Below, piece after piece: positions 1 to 18,956 of a stretch of DNA of 64,000 nt. Position 1 is the stretch's first letter; each line of letters opens with the position of its first letter. The stretch comes from the human T2T-CHM13v2.0 reference genome, Homo sapiens. Both the position numbers and the translations under genes were made by a program. Location: NCBI RefSeq assembly GCF_009914755.1, contig NC_060943.1; one strand, given 5' to 3'. The notes under the pieces were generated by a model. It was not told the DNA's origin, ran no database searches, and saw only the letters and a program-made list of their open reading frames with translations.

Positions 1-99
1 AGCCACTGCACCCGGCCCCTTCTACTCACTTTGGATTCAATTTGCTAGGTTTCATGCTTTAGCTTCCCTGGCACACCCCAACCCCAGCTTTTTAAGGTA

Positions 100-740
100 A
101 TTCTTTTTTTTTTTTTTTTTCCAATTTTCTACTAAAATCTTTATTTTACAGGATTAATGTTTCACAGCAGGGATTGAGATGATTCTTAACCTTTCTCTTT
201 GCTTAACAACATTTAGAGTTGCCAGTTCACTCCAGCATCACTTTAGCTACATCCCACTGGGATATGTTGTTTTTGTTATCATTCAGTTTAAAGTGTTTTC
301 CAATTTTCCTTGTGATTTCTTCTTTGACCTTTCTGTTATTTGGAGGCAGGTTGCTTAATTTCCAAATATTTGTGGGTTTTTCAGATATCTTTTTGTTATT
401 GATTTTTAATTTAGTTCTGTTATGGTCAGAGAACATACTCTGTATGATTTCAGTTCCTTGAAATTCGATGAGACTTACCCGACGGGCCCGAATGTGTCCT
501 AGCTTGGCGGAAGCTTCTGGGGCATTGACGAGGACAGGTGTCTGCTGCTGTCAGGCAGAATGTCCCCCCAGGTCAGTGAGGTCAGGCTGGTTGAGTGTTC
601 AGGCTTTCTATTCTGATTTTTGTTGTTGTTGTTTACTTGTTCCACCAATCAATGAGAAAGATGTCCATGTCTCTCACTATATTTGTGGATTTGTCCATTT
701 CTTCCTTCAGTCCTGGCAGGTTTCGCTTCTGAATTTTCTC
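100..740 (-). mobile_element. Old L1 (L1M-type) ORF2 fragment in a USF2 intron
   Basis: Minus-strand ORF 227-436 (FSDHNRTKLKINNKK...WKLSN...VKEEITRKI...WDVAK) resembles the L1 ORF2p segment after the endonuclease domain; T-rich + strand. Confidence 0.8.
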
Positions 741-3369
741 TTTTTTTTTTTTTTTTTTTTTGAGACAGAGTCTCGCTCTGTCACCCAAGCTGGTGTGCAA
801 TGATGTGGTCTCGGCTCACTACAACCTCCACCTCTTGGGTTCAAGCAATTCTCGTGCTTCAGCCTCCCAAGTCGCTGGGATTATAGGCATGCACTGCTAT
901 GCCTGGCTAATTTTTGCATTTTTAGTAGAGCCGGGGTTTCGCCATGTTGGCCAGGCTGGTCTCAAACTCCTGGCCTCATGTGATCCACCCTCCCAAAGTG
1001 CTGGGATTACAGGCGTGAGCCACCCCACCCAGCTTCTGAATTTTAAGTTTCCTATGGAGTAACTGAAGTGCTTCTGTGGAATGAACGTGGCCTTGGTCCT
1101 AATGGGTCTTCCTGTATTTCAAATGTGCCATGATGGTCTTCCGAAGCCACAGGCTGGACAGCATTACCGCCTGCTAATGTCAGGGCCTGGATTCAAGGGC
1201 CTGGGACTCTGGAGGAGGAGGAGATGCGGTCCTGACCTGCGAGCAGAGCACACAAGGCCTTGACAACCGATCTTTACAACCTTTTCCCACCCCTGCATAC
1301 CCTGAAATGGTTTTCAGGCCACCATTTCTGGGATCTTCCCAGCTGCCTGCCTTAGAGTCTTTCTCTCAGAAACCAGCCCGAATGTTTCCTGGATCTCTGA
1401 GGATTCATCCCACCCCCATTCCCATGCAGAGGCCATGGCTCGGCGCCTGGCGTTCCCGAGGCACTTTGTACCATCTTCAGTGATGACACGAATGCAATGG
1501 GGTTAGTGCCACTTGCCCACAGTGGTGCTGCGAGTGCCCATGGGGCGCACCGGGGCTGCTTCCACCCTGGACCCCAGCCTGGCGGAGGGCCTGGCACATA
1601 GTAGGGCGGGGAGTAGGTGTGTAAGAAGTAAGCTTGCTCTGGAGAGGATGTAGCTGCAGCCGGCGCCCAGCTCTCGAGAGGACTGTGGGAGGGCAGAGGC
1701 TGAAACGAGGCCGCCTGCCGAGTTCCTCCACAGACCCCTGGGCGAGGAGCGCTCTGCTGGGGACTGCGCCAGCGGTGCCTCCAGGCCTGGACTCTCAGCT
1801 CCGCTGCTGCTTTTGGCCAGAGTTCCCAAAGGCGGGTGTGGTTGTCTTTGGTGGGAAGGTTCAGCGCACCGCGATAGTAATAGGGGAGCAAGCACTCGCT
1901 GAGCCCAGTGCAGGGCCTGGACCGTGCTCCATAGCAAGCACTGATCTTGGGCTATTGGTTTTGGAGGAAAGAGGGAGCACAAGGATGGAAGGGGCCAGGG
2001 AAGAGAGGTCACGGTGGGAGAAGGAGAGTCCGCATCCATCGGAGGGTTTGTCACTCAGGCCTGAGTGGGAGGCACTGGAGGCAGGGAGAGGCCAGTCAGC
2101 AGCATGCGGCCACAGCCCAGAGAAGCCAGAGGGGTTTGCTGGTGGGTGGGCCCCAGCCTTTTCAAGGGAACGGCAGGTCTGGGGAGCTGCCGATCTCGGG
2201 GTGTGAGGGTAACGGGCAGGCTGTGGCCCACCCCTCCTTCTCAGGCTCACTGGACCCCTGACCGGTTTCATCACCATTATCCAAGGCTTTGAAAAGACCC
2301 CCTGGCCTTCCTGCCACATGTGCCCTAGCTATAGGGCTTCGTTCCCCTCCACAAATGGTGCAGACAGCATGAGCCACCCTGGCAGGGGGCTGGGGGTCCG
2401 TGGGGTAGGAGTTGGGGGTAGCTGAGCGTTCTTTCCTGTCCCCACGGTGCCTGGTGCTGGGGCTTGGCAGCCAGGGTTGGGACAGCCTGGCTTTAGCAGG
2501 TCCTGAGTCAGGGGTCTCAGGCTCCGCAGCACACAGTCCCCAGGCAGGTGTCAGGATGGGATGTGGCCAGAGAAAGGCATGTGCTCTGTCTGGGGATAGC
2601 TGCCACCCAGCTGACACAGTTGGCATGAGATTGTGGAGTTTTATGGAGTAAAATCACAAATCTGGGTTTTTTAAGTAAAACCTTCTATGAGTTGCCATCT
2701 CTGGCCTTCAACATAGGATTTGGGTCTTTCCTGGGTGAGCTGGTGCTTTGTGGGCCAGGCCCTGGGAGCTGCAAGTACCAGTTGGGATCTGCCATTGCCC
2801 TGTGGAAGGATTTTAAGCAGGGGTGAAACATGGTCAGACTTGGATTTAGAGATGAGGAAAAAAAACAAAATCACGGTGCCAGAGTCTCTGGGGAGACTGG
2901 AGAATGCAGTGCAGGGGCCGCAGGAGCCAAAAAGGGGCACTGGTCCTGCGAAGAGTGGCTCTGTCCATCCCTGCCTTCCAGTATGTGCCCACTGTGACCA
3001 GAGCTCCATTTCTCAAAAGAAGCCAGTGATGCCAATTACCATGAGAAATTTCCTTATTTTTAACTGTCGATTAAAATTTGTACAAGTATGGTGGGGCAGG
3101 CCTGCAAAATGATCTCCAAGTGCCTGGCCTTTGATGCCCGTCCTAAAAGCATGTGTGGCACTGGAGGGCCCACGTTTCTTTGTTCCTCTTGAGAAGCTGG
3201 GGTGGGGGCCGGCTGGGCTCAGGGTGCGGCCCCTCACTTCCCAGGGCTGTGGTCTCGGTGGGGCCTGCACTGTTCCTGGGTGTCCTTGGGCTGAGCCTCT
3301 GCCCTGTGAGGACGGCCGCTCAGGCATGATCCGTCAGCGAAGCCGTGGCTGTGACTCTGTTTTCCGCAG

Positions 3370-3928
3370 TGGAGCGGAGGCGGAGGGACAAGATCAACAA
3401 CTGGATCGTCCAGCTTTCGAAAATCATTCCAGACTGTAACGCAGACAACAGCAAGACGGGAGCGGTGAGCACCCCGGACCCTCAGTGTCTGCGGTGGTCC
3501 CGGCCCCCGACCCTTGCATGCAGAAAGTCCAACAGCCATGGGGCTCGGGAGTCATCCCTGGGGTGGAGGCCGGTGGGCGGTGCCTGCCCTAAGGCTCCTG
3601 GTCCCCTCGCCCCCCAGAGTAAAGGAGGGATCCTGTCCAAGGCCTGCGATTACATCCGGGAGTTGCGCCAGACCAACCAGCGCATGCAGGAGACCTTCAA
3701 AGAGGCCGAGCGGCTGCAGATGGACAACGAGCTCCTGAGGCAGCAGGTGGGTGCGGGGCCTGGAGCGGGTCAGGGCCCAGGAGCCCCAGATGCAAGGCGC
3801 TGGCCCTCAGCTCCCTTGACCTCCGTCGTGTCCGCCAGATCGAGGAGCTGAAGAATGAGAACGCCCTGCTTCGAGCCCAGCTGCAGCAGCACAACCTGGA
3901 GATGGTGGGCGAGGGCACCCGGCAGTGA
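3370..3928 (+). CDS. USF2: Upstream stimulatory factor 2, 3' part (bHLH and leucine zipper); last three coding exons 3370-3464, 3618-3746, 3839-3928
   Basis: Spliced translation ERRRRDKINNWIVQLSKIIPDCNADNSKTGA|SKGGILSKACDYIRELRQTNQRMQETFKEAERLQMDNELLRQQ|IEELKNENALLRAQLQQHNLEMVGEGTRQ* with canonical GT-AG junctions; stop TGA 3926-3928. Confidence 0.97.
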
Positions 3929-4456
3929 CGCCCGCCACCACCACGCAGCCGCCGCCGCCCACGCCGGCCTCTGCTGCCCCCTTCCCCAGCCCTTAGCACA
4001 GAGAGGGACACATGCCCCTCCCCCAGCTGCGTTTTTTTATAGTAGATTTTTAACAAAAAACGGGGAGAAATAATGCATTTCTGTGGATACAGTGCCCACC
4101 GCCCTCCTCCACTTGGAAACGGTATCCTCCCTGCCCATCCGTCTGTCTGTCGCCCTTCTCCCGGCCCTCACTAAGCCCCGGCACTTCTAGTGGTCTCACC
4201 TGGAGGCAAGAGGGAGGGGACAGAGGCCCTGCCACGTCCCGCTGCCTCCTGCTCTCTGGAGGTACTGAGACAGGGTGCTGATGGGAAGGAGGGGAGCCTT
4301 TGGGGGGCCACCCGGGGCCTGGACCTATGCAGGGAGGCCACGTCCCACCCCACCTCTTGTTTCTGGGTCCCTGCTCCCCTTTGGGGGTGTGTGTGTGTGT
4401 TTTAATTTTCTTTATGGAAAAATTGACAAAAAAAAAATAGAGAGGTATTTAACTGC

Positions 4457-4462
4457 AATAAA
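4457..4462 (+). terminator. USF2: USF2 polyadenylation signal
   Basis: AATAAA about 530 nt after the stop codon, followed by GT-rich sequence near 4490-4505. Confidence 0.85.
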
Positions 4463-4873
4463 CTGGCCCCATGTGGCCCCCGCCTTGTCTGCTTGTGTGT
4501 TTGTCCATCTCAGGAGTGGGGAGGGGGCCTGGGGTCTGCAGAGCTCCATGAGGCATGGTTCTGCTGTTGTGCACATGGCTGTGCATGGTCCCTGCCAGCT
4601 GCACCACCCATTACCCAGTGGTTGGTTGGATGGATGGAGGAATTAAGGAATGAATGTCCCCTTTGAGGCCCTAGACGTGCATGAGGGTGTGGGGAGATGG
4701 GGTCAAGGACATGTCCCATGTTGGAGGAGAGGCAGGGGTCTCCGTGTCAACAGTTCCTGAAAACACAACCAGCCCCTGGCCCTGCCCTGCTGGGCCAAAG
4801 CCCTCCCCTCTGCACCAGCCAATAGTGGGGCCTGGCCTTGAGCCCCTCACCCCCAGGGAGGGCAGATGGCCAG

Positions 4874-4960
4874 GGCGCCAAGCTTGGCCCGTCAGCCTGT
4901 CGCCTTGCACCAAGGCTCTGGCGCCTGTGCTGTGACCCCTGCCCCTGCTGATGATGAAAC
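4874..4960 (+). promoter_or_regulatory. HAMP: HAMP distal enhancer with BMP-RE2 (GGCGCC 4920-4925), a second GGCGCC at 4874-4879, and adjacent nuclear-receptor/bZIP-like motifs
   Basis: GGCGCC lies about 2255 bp upstream of the HAMP TSS (~7175), the known position of BMP-RE2; followed by TGTGACCCCTGCCCCT and ATGATGAAAC. Confidence 0.8.
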
Positions 4961-6662
4961 CTGTCCTCAGCTGAGATGCAGCGATGCCTGGTAGGGCTGG
5001 GGGCTGCTCCTGTGTCTCCCCAGGTGAGCACACCCCTATTCACTGGGCCCTGCTTCAGCCTGCAGCACCCTTCAACTCCCAGGAGCTGGGCTTGCCACTC
5101 TGCTCACCTTGTGGAGCTCCATCTGCCTTTCCTCCCCAATTCCCCCACTCCCTGCACTCGTCTCTTCCCACAAGAGCCCTGTCTCCTTTTCCTAGCTATT
5201 CCCATCTGAGGCCATCTTTATTCATTTAGTTTTTAGAGACAGGGTTTCACTCTCACCCAGGCTGGGGTGCAGTGGCACACAATCACGGCTCACTGCAGCC
5301 TTGACCAACTACAGGTGCGTAGCACCACAGCCAAGTTTTTGTATAGATGGGGTCTCGCTTTGTTACCCAGGCTGTGACAAGAGGAGCCTCCCACGTGGTG
5401 TGGATGAGGAGGCAGATGGCAGGGCCTGTGCATTTCTGTGCTTGAGTGGGCCTTGAAAGTGGTTCAGCAACCAGGAAGAAGTGTTCATTCCTCGACAACA
5501 ACATCCCCGGGCTCTGGTGACTTGGCTGACACTGGATGGCCCTGGAATGAAAAAGGCAAAGAGGCAAAATGTGCAAGGGCCCATCTGGAACCAAGGTTTG
5601 TTGATCCCCTGGGCCGTGTGCACCCTGAGCTGGGCCTGGTAGTGGAAAGGAATGAAGGCACTGCAGTCAGGCAGCCTGGGTTCATCCCCCAGCTAGTGGT
5701 GTCCTAAGGAACCGGCTCCCCAAAAACATCCCTGGCTTGTAGTGCTTGCCAATTTCTGGGTGTCAAGACTCCCACTGCTGCTGATTTCAGGATACCAGCA
5801 TGATGCCACTGAATGCAGAGTTTCGAGATGTGCATGGTCTGCTATGTTGAGCCAGGTCTAGCATACCGCTGTGCCCTGCTGTGTTTTAGGGGAGATGGGG
5901 AAACCTGGTGGGTAAGAGCAAAAGCCCTGGAGTCAGGCTGTCCAGGCTAGAATCTCAGCTCTGCCTCTGGCTGAGCAAGCTTGGGCCATGCCCTGATCTC
6001 TGCCTTCAGTGCCTTTTCTGTAAAGTGAAGGAAATGAGTGTCCGACGGGGAGGAGGTTCCTAAAAGGGAGCAGGGTCTGGGGAGCCCAGGCCTCTGGGGT
6101 TGGGTGACTGAGAAGGCAGCCCCTGAATACAGAGCAGAGCTGAAGGTGGGGCAGTAAGTGCTGCTGGGAGAACAGGCAGCACAGGCTGAGTTGGTGCAGA
6201 AGTGAGTCAACATATGTGCCATCGTATAAAATGTACTCATCGGACTGTAGATGTTAGCTATTACTATTACTGCTATTTTATGTTTTATAGACAGGGTCTC
6301 ACTCTGTCACCCAGGCTGGAGTGCAGTCACACAATCATAGCTCACTGCAACCTCAGCCTCCTGGGCTTAAGCGATCTGCCTCAGCCTCCCAAGTAGCTGG
6401 GACTACAGATGTGTGCCACCACGCCTGGCTAAATTTGTTTAAAATTTTTTTTGTAGAGATGGGGTCTCCCTATGTTGCCCAGGCTAGTCTTGAACTTCTG
6501 GGCTCAAGCGACCCTCCTGCCTTGGCCTCCCAAATTGCTGGGATTACAGGCATAAGCCACTGTGCTGGGCCATATTACTGCTGTCATTTATGGCCAAAAG
6601 TTTGCTCAAACATTTTCCAGTTACCAGAGCCACATCTCAAGGGTCTGACACTGGGAAAACAC

Positions 6663-6740
6663 CACGTGCGGATCGGGCACACGCTGATGCTTGCCCTGCT
6701 CAGGGCTATCTAGTGTTCCCTGCCAGAACCTATGCACGTG
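6663..6740. promoter_or_regulatory. HAMP: Two canonical E-boxes in the HAMP promoter (CACGTG 6663-6668 and 6735-6740)
   Basis: Exact CACGTG matches. A6664 is position -582 from the ATG, the known -582A>G promoter variant site; this sequence has A and an intact E-box. Confidence 0.85.
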
Positions 6741-6810
6741 TGGTGAGAGCTTAAAGCAATGGATGCTTCCCCCAACATGCCAGACACTCCTGAGGAGCCT
6801 GGCGGCTGCT

Positions 6811-6833
6811 GGCCATGCCCCGTGTGCATGTAG
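6811..6833. promoter_or_regulatory. HAMP: p53-like response element in the HAMP promoter
   Basis: GGCCATGCCC-cgt-GTGCATGTAG: two CATG-core half sites at -435/-413 from the ATG. Confidence 0.55.
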
Positions 6834-7071
6834 GCGATGGGGAAGTGAGTGGAGGAGAGCGGAACCTTGATTCTGCTCATCAAACTGCTTAACCGCTGAA
6901 GCAAAAGGGGGAACTTTTTTCCCGATCAGCAGAATGACATCGTGATGGGGAAAGGGCTCCCCAGATGGCTGGTGAGCAGTGTGTGTCTGTGACCCCGTCT
7001 GCCCCACCCCCTGAACACACCTCTGCCGGCTGAGGGTGACACAACCCTGTTCCCTGTCGCTCTGTTCCCGC

Positions 7072-7172
7072 TTATCTCTCCCGCCTTTTCGGCGCCACCA
7101 CCTTCTTGGAAATGAGACAGAGCAAAGGGGAGGGGGCTCAGACCACCGCCTCCCCTGGCAGGCCCCATAAAA
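7072..7172 (+). promoter_or_regulatory. HAMP: HAMP proximal promoter: GATA (TTATCT 7072-7077), BMP-RE1 (GGCGCC 7091-7096), STAT3 site (TTCTTGGAA 7103-7111), TATA-like ATAAAA (7167-7172)
   Basis: Motifs read directly; order and spacing match the established hepcidin promoter architecture. Confidence 0.9.
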
Positions 7173-7245
7173 GCGACTGTCACTCGGTCCCAGACACCAG
7201 AGCAAGCTCAAGACCCAGCAGTGGGACAGCCAGACAGACGGCACG

Positions 7246-9710
<2,465 letters not shown>

Positions 9711-9780
9711 AACCTACCTGCCCTGCCCCCGTCCCCTCCCTTCCTTATTTATTCCTGCTGCCCCAGAACATAGGTCTTGG

Positions 9781-9786
9781 AATAAA
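9781..9786 (+). terminator. HAMP: HAMP polyadenylation signal
   Basis: AATAAA 71 nt after the stop codon, with GT-rich sequence downstream at ~9815-9830. Confidence 0.9.
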
Positions 9787-10059
9787 ATGGCTGGTTCTTT
9801 TGTTTTCCAAACCAGAGTGTCTGTTGTCCTTTCTCTCTGCCGAGTGTCTGTGCTAAGAGCTTGTCCTGACCCTGCCTTGCAAGCACCAGTGCTTGGTGGG
9901 TCATGTGGGGCTGGTGTGTCCTGGAGGTTGCCAGGAAAGTTGGTGAAGAAAATTTGTTTCTGTTCTCCCCCTTCATGTTGCAATAATAGGGGATGAAAGT
10001 TAATGTTTCCTCTCCTTGAGATCTTCCTAAAACAGCTGTAGAAATCAGTGCCTGTAAGG

Positions 10060-10266
10060 CAAGCTTGTCCAACCTGGAGGCCACATGCAGCCCTGGATGG
10101 CTTTGAATGCACCCAACACAAATTTGTAGTTTCTTAAGGCATTATGAGATTTTTCCGCAATTTTTTTTTTTCTCATCAGCTGTCATTAGTGTTAGTGTGT
10201 TTTATGTGTGGCCCAAGACAATTCTTCCAGTGTGGCCCAGGGAAGCCAAAACATTGGACACTGCTA
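10060..10266. mobile_element. MER30-like hAT DNA transposon relic
   Basis: Ends ...TGTCCAA and TTGGACA (inverted termini); internal GTTAGTGT...TTTTATGTGTGGCCCAAGACAATTCTTCCA resembles MER30 as recalled. Confidence 0.65.
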
Positions 10267-10315
10267 TAAAGGTTCTCAAAGTAAGATCCAGGGACTCCTT
10301 TTGTAGGGCTCCTGA

Positions 10316-15063
<4,748 letters not shown>

Positions 15064-16689
15064 CCTGCTCTCTCGTAAAAGATCAGCTGATACGGCAGCA
15101 CCGGCCACTGGATCTGCGGGTCAGTTGTCCCCTTAGACAGGGCACCTGCCCGCCAGTCACAGGTCCTGTCACCCAGCCCCTTCCTCTCATGGGCTCCAGC
15201 CGCCTCGCTCCCACAGGTCTCCTGGAGACCCGAGTTGCTGATGTCAGCGACTATTGCGAGTGCTCCTGTGGGACACTGTCCTCTCCCCAGCAACAGCCTT
15301 CAGTTCACACCCAGGGAGGAGATGGAGCCCCACACTGCACCAGCACACGACTCCAGCTCCAACTAGGTGGGTGTTGATGCTGAAGGCTGTGACATGCAAA
15401 TACCCCCCAGGATCTCCTTGTCACCCCGACCACCACCACCAAAGCCCAGGCACCAGGCCCCTCTCTTCTCCAGGACCCAGGCATTCAAGCCCCGCCCGAC
15501 TCTCAATGGTCCTTTGTCCCGGACTGGGAAAGGCACGGGCAGAGTCTGACATCATGAAGCCTGGGGTGGGGGTGGGACTCCCCCTCCCCCTCCAACTCCC
15601 CCCCAGCCCCACAACGCTTCTCTCCCTGGTCTGAGGGATTTCCCCGCCCCTCACCCCCTGGGTTCTCCCTTGAGAGCGAGGACCCCCCCTCCCCACTGCT
15701 CTGGCCTGAAGGAGGACAGGAGATGTCCCAGTGAGGCTGAACAGCTCATGGTGAAATCACTGCTGCACTTTGTCACGCCACCTCCAGCTGCCCCGAGCCC
15801 CCACCCACCTTGCAAAAGTCATGACCAAGGGGTGGAATCTGCACTCAGAGGGTCCTTGCCCAACTTGGTCAGCACAGTCCTATGTGCACCAAGCACTGCC
15901 CCGGGGACAGAAGGGTGCACATGACAGACAGAGAGGCAGATAGGTTTCTGGTGAGCCCCTGCCTCTGAGAGCTCCTGGGTTAGTGGGAGGCAGAGGCGGG
16001 CAGACCTAGGGTGCACACGGGCCAGCCTGCCAAGGCTACAGAAGGAAAGGACAGCATTGCAATGGAGGGGCCTGGCTGATGGGCGAAGATGGGAAAGCTT
16101 CCCAGGGAAGCGGCACCCAGGCTGCTGAGCCTACAGGATGGGTGAACGGCAGCCAGTGCCAGAGTGGGGAGTGCTATGGGGTGGGGACTGCTTTCCAGGA
16201 AGAATGAGCAGCAGGTGCACAGGCCTTGAGTCTGAAGGTGCCCTGGGGCTCTGGGGAACACATTCAACCACCCACACTGTTTATTAAGCTCAACTGCCTG
16301 CCAGGAGCTTGTCTACGAGCAAGGATGGATTGAGAATATCCAAGACGAAGCTTCTGGCCTGGTGGAGGTCACGTTCTCATGAAAGGAGTTGGTGAACACG
16401 GAAGGTCATTTCAGATGGCAAGAGGAGGTGACACTGACGTTGAGGGTGGAAAGGACCTGTCTCCTCCTGCTGCCCACCTAATGTTGCCACCAAGATTCCC
16501 TGAGGACAATGCCTCTGTCCCTCAGCCTGGGACTTCCAAAGAGATTAGACTGCCCCCCCACCCCCGGGACCCAGAATCAGGGTGTACAGGGATGGAAGAT
16601 GGGGAGAGAGCAAGGCAGCCACTCCCGACCCCTCCAGGAAAGAGCTAGGAGAACCCAGGCGTCAGGCTGCCCAGTCCGAGCCCCGTGGT

Positions 16690-16707
16690 GACAAGGGCCC
16701 CTTTGTG
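16690..16707. promoter_or_regulatory. MAG: Inverted dimeric SOX (SOX10-type) site in the MAG promoter
   Basis: GACAAG-GGCCC-CTTTGTG: inverted HMG-box motifs about 160 bp upstream of the exon 1 donor. Confidence 0.65.
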
Positions 16708-16829
16708 CCCCCCTCCCCCGGGGGTAGGGAGGAGCTGGGCCCTGGAGGCAGGCGGCCCCTGGCACCCAGGGGGAGGGGAGGGGCTGGCAAGTGGGGGCCT
16801 AGACCCTGGAAGGCAGGGGACTGCGAGCT

Positions 16830-16868
16830 GGGCTGGCGGAGCAGAGGTGCAGAAGCAACTGAGTCCAA
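16830..16868 (+). other. MAG: MAG exon 1 (5' UTR; start approximate)
   Basis: ...AGAAGCAACTGAGTCCAA|GTGAGT donor in a GC-rich promoter context. Confidence 0.7.
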
Positions 16869-17308
16869 GTGAGTATGGTGGCAGGGAGGCCAGGGCAAGG
16901 GGAGCAGGGCACCGGGGCAGTGGCACCCAGACGTGAGCAGGGTCAGGTGCTCTGGGTGAGGGAGCATCGCTGTGCACCGCTACTGATTTAGGATGCAGGA
17001 GTGTGTGGCTTGGGGCTGCTTTGGGGATGGGCTCGGACCATCGCTGGGGCAGCGATGGGGCTCTGGGAAGAAACCACAGAGAGAAAAAACAAAGGGCCCC
17101 CCCTCAGCACCCCTTGTGGGTGAAGATTTTGCAGGAGAGGTTTCCTTGGGGTTCCCGAGTGCGGGGCAGATGGGGTGGAGGAGGTCTGCATCTGGCCGAA
17201 GAATGGAAGGATGTCCAGGTGATCAGACACCTGCAGGCTGCAATCTGGGAGGTGGATGGGGGCAGTGGGCTGTTAGTGACTGCATTCTAGCACCTGGGCA
17301 CATAGCAG

Positions 17309-17964
17309 GTGTGTGTGTGTGTGTGTGTGCGTGTGCGTGCACACACATGGCTGCCCATGCACCTTCCTCTGTAAGCCTCAGTCGACTTTTCTTCATTAAT
17401 CCCCACTAAGGACACTTTTTATTTTTCGTTACTTTTTTTTTTTTAAGAGACGGGACTCTCACTATATTGCCCAGGCTGGTCTCAAACTTCTGGGCACAAG
17501 AGATTCTCCCAACTTGGCCTTCCAAAGTGCTGGGTTTACAGGCGTGAGCCACTGCGCCCGGCCCCAACTACAGAAACTTTTTAGATGCATTTGTCCTCAT
17601 CCCATCCTTCCCTTGGCATTTTAATCCAACAGATCTGCTGTACATATGTTTATGGACTGTGGCCACACACACTGTAATAGCTGAGGTTGATTTGGCCCCC
17701 ATCCCGAGAACTTGTTTTCCCCGCTGTTAAGAGTGCATGGTCTACCTGCTTGTTTCATGTCTGCCCGGGCACGTGCTCATCCTCATCTGCATCTCTCTCC
17801 TGTACCTTCCTGTCACAGGTGCAAGGGCAGCGTCGGCCAGGTGTCCATCGGCGCGTGTCTGAGTGGACGCGTCTATAGCCATCCTCAGTGTGTGTGTGCA
17901 GTTCCTTGCATCTTTGTTAGCCTGGCGTGCATGCTGGGCTGTGTGTGTGTGTGTGTGTGTGTGT
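17309..17964. repeat. (TG)n microsatellites at ~17309-17340 and ~17940-17964
   Basis: Dinucleotide runs read directly. Confidence 0.9.
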
Positions 17965-18900
17965 GCTGAATGCCAGGGCTGTGTCTGTCCAGGTGTGTGT
18001 GGACAGCAGCAGAGGCATTGCATGCACGCCTTGGGAACTATGTGAGTGCCAGCCCATCCCTGTGGGCACAGGGGTCCCTGTGCCTGTCTGTGTGTTCAGG
18101 GTCCTGTCTGGGTGTCTGTATGAGTCTCCGCTGCGTGTGCCTGCCCCTTCTGGCTGGGGCTACATCTGTCACATTTCATCCCCGCGATTGGATGTGTCTG
18201 TGCATGTGTCTCTGTCCGTGGGAAGAGGGCGGTGAAGGCTGGGAAAAGCAATTGCTTGGAAACCCTGGCTGCAACCCCAAGGCAACCCATGGAGCAGCAG
18301 GGTGCCAGGGGCTCGCTAGCCCCCACCCTGGGCCTTCCTGGCCCTGCTCAAAGGCCAGCCAGGAGTGCCTGACCCCTTTCTTACTCCCCACTTACCCTGA
18401 AAGCCCCCCGCAGGCTAAAACACCCTCTCCCCGAGGGAACAGGACTCTTTTGTACCGGGGACCAGCTTCTGGTGAGGGTGCGGACACCAGGGGCCGTCTG
18501 TGGGGTGGGAGAGGGCGGCAGGAATTCACGCGGCATGTCGGGAATGCTGATACTGTGAAACCCAGTCATTGATGGCTCTGGGTCCCTGCCCGCCACCCCC
18601 AGGCCCCGGCCGTGGGACATCTGCTCCCTCACTCCACTCGCCACACCCCTCAGTCTCACCCCCGTACCCCGATGCGGTCGTTCCCCCTTCCCTCCCCACA
18701 GTTCTCTGACACCCCAGCTTGGAGGGAGTTGTTGCCAGAGAGTGGCTTCGAGGCTGTGTGGGAGGGTCCCAGGCACAATGGGAGGGCCACATGGGCAGCC
18801 TGACAACAGGTCACAACCCATGCAGGAGATACTGAAGCGGGGGTGGGTTGGGTGCCTCAATCCCGCCCCCTTGCACCTGAGTGACTCTTGTTGCATGCAG

Positions 18901-18956
18901 GTTGTCTGGCGGCTTCAGGTGGACCCAGAAGACGTCCCCAACTCAGGGAGATTCAG
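18901..18956 (+). other. MAG: MAG exon 2 (5' UTR)
   Basis: ttgcatgcAG|GTTGTCTGG...ATTCAG|GTGAGG. Confidence 0.75.

Noticed and set aside
1352-2626. Overlapping 150-190-aa ORFs in the USF2 intron
   Set aside because: Both strands open in GC-rich DNA; no homology recognised and no consistent splice or start signals.
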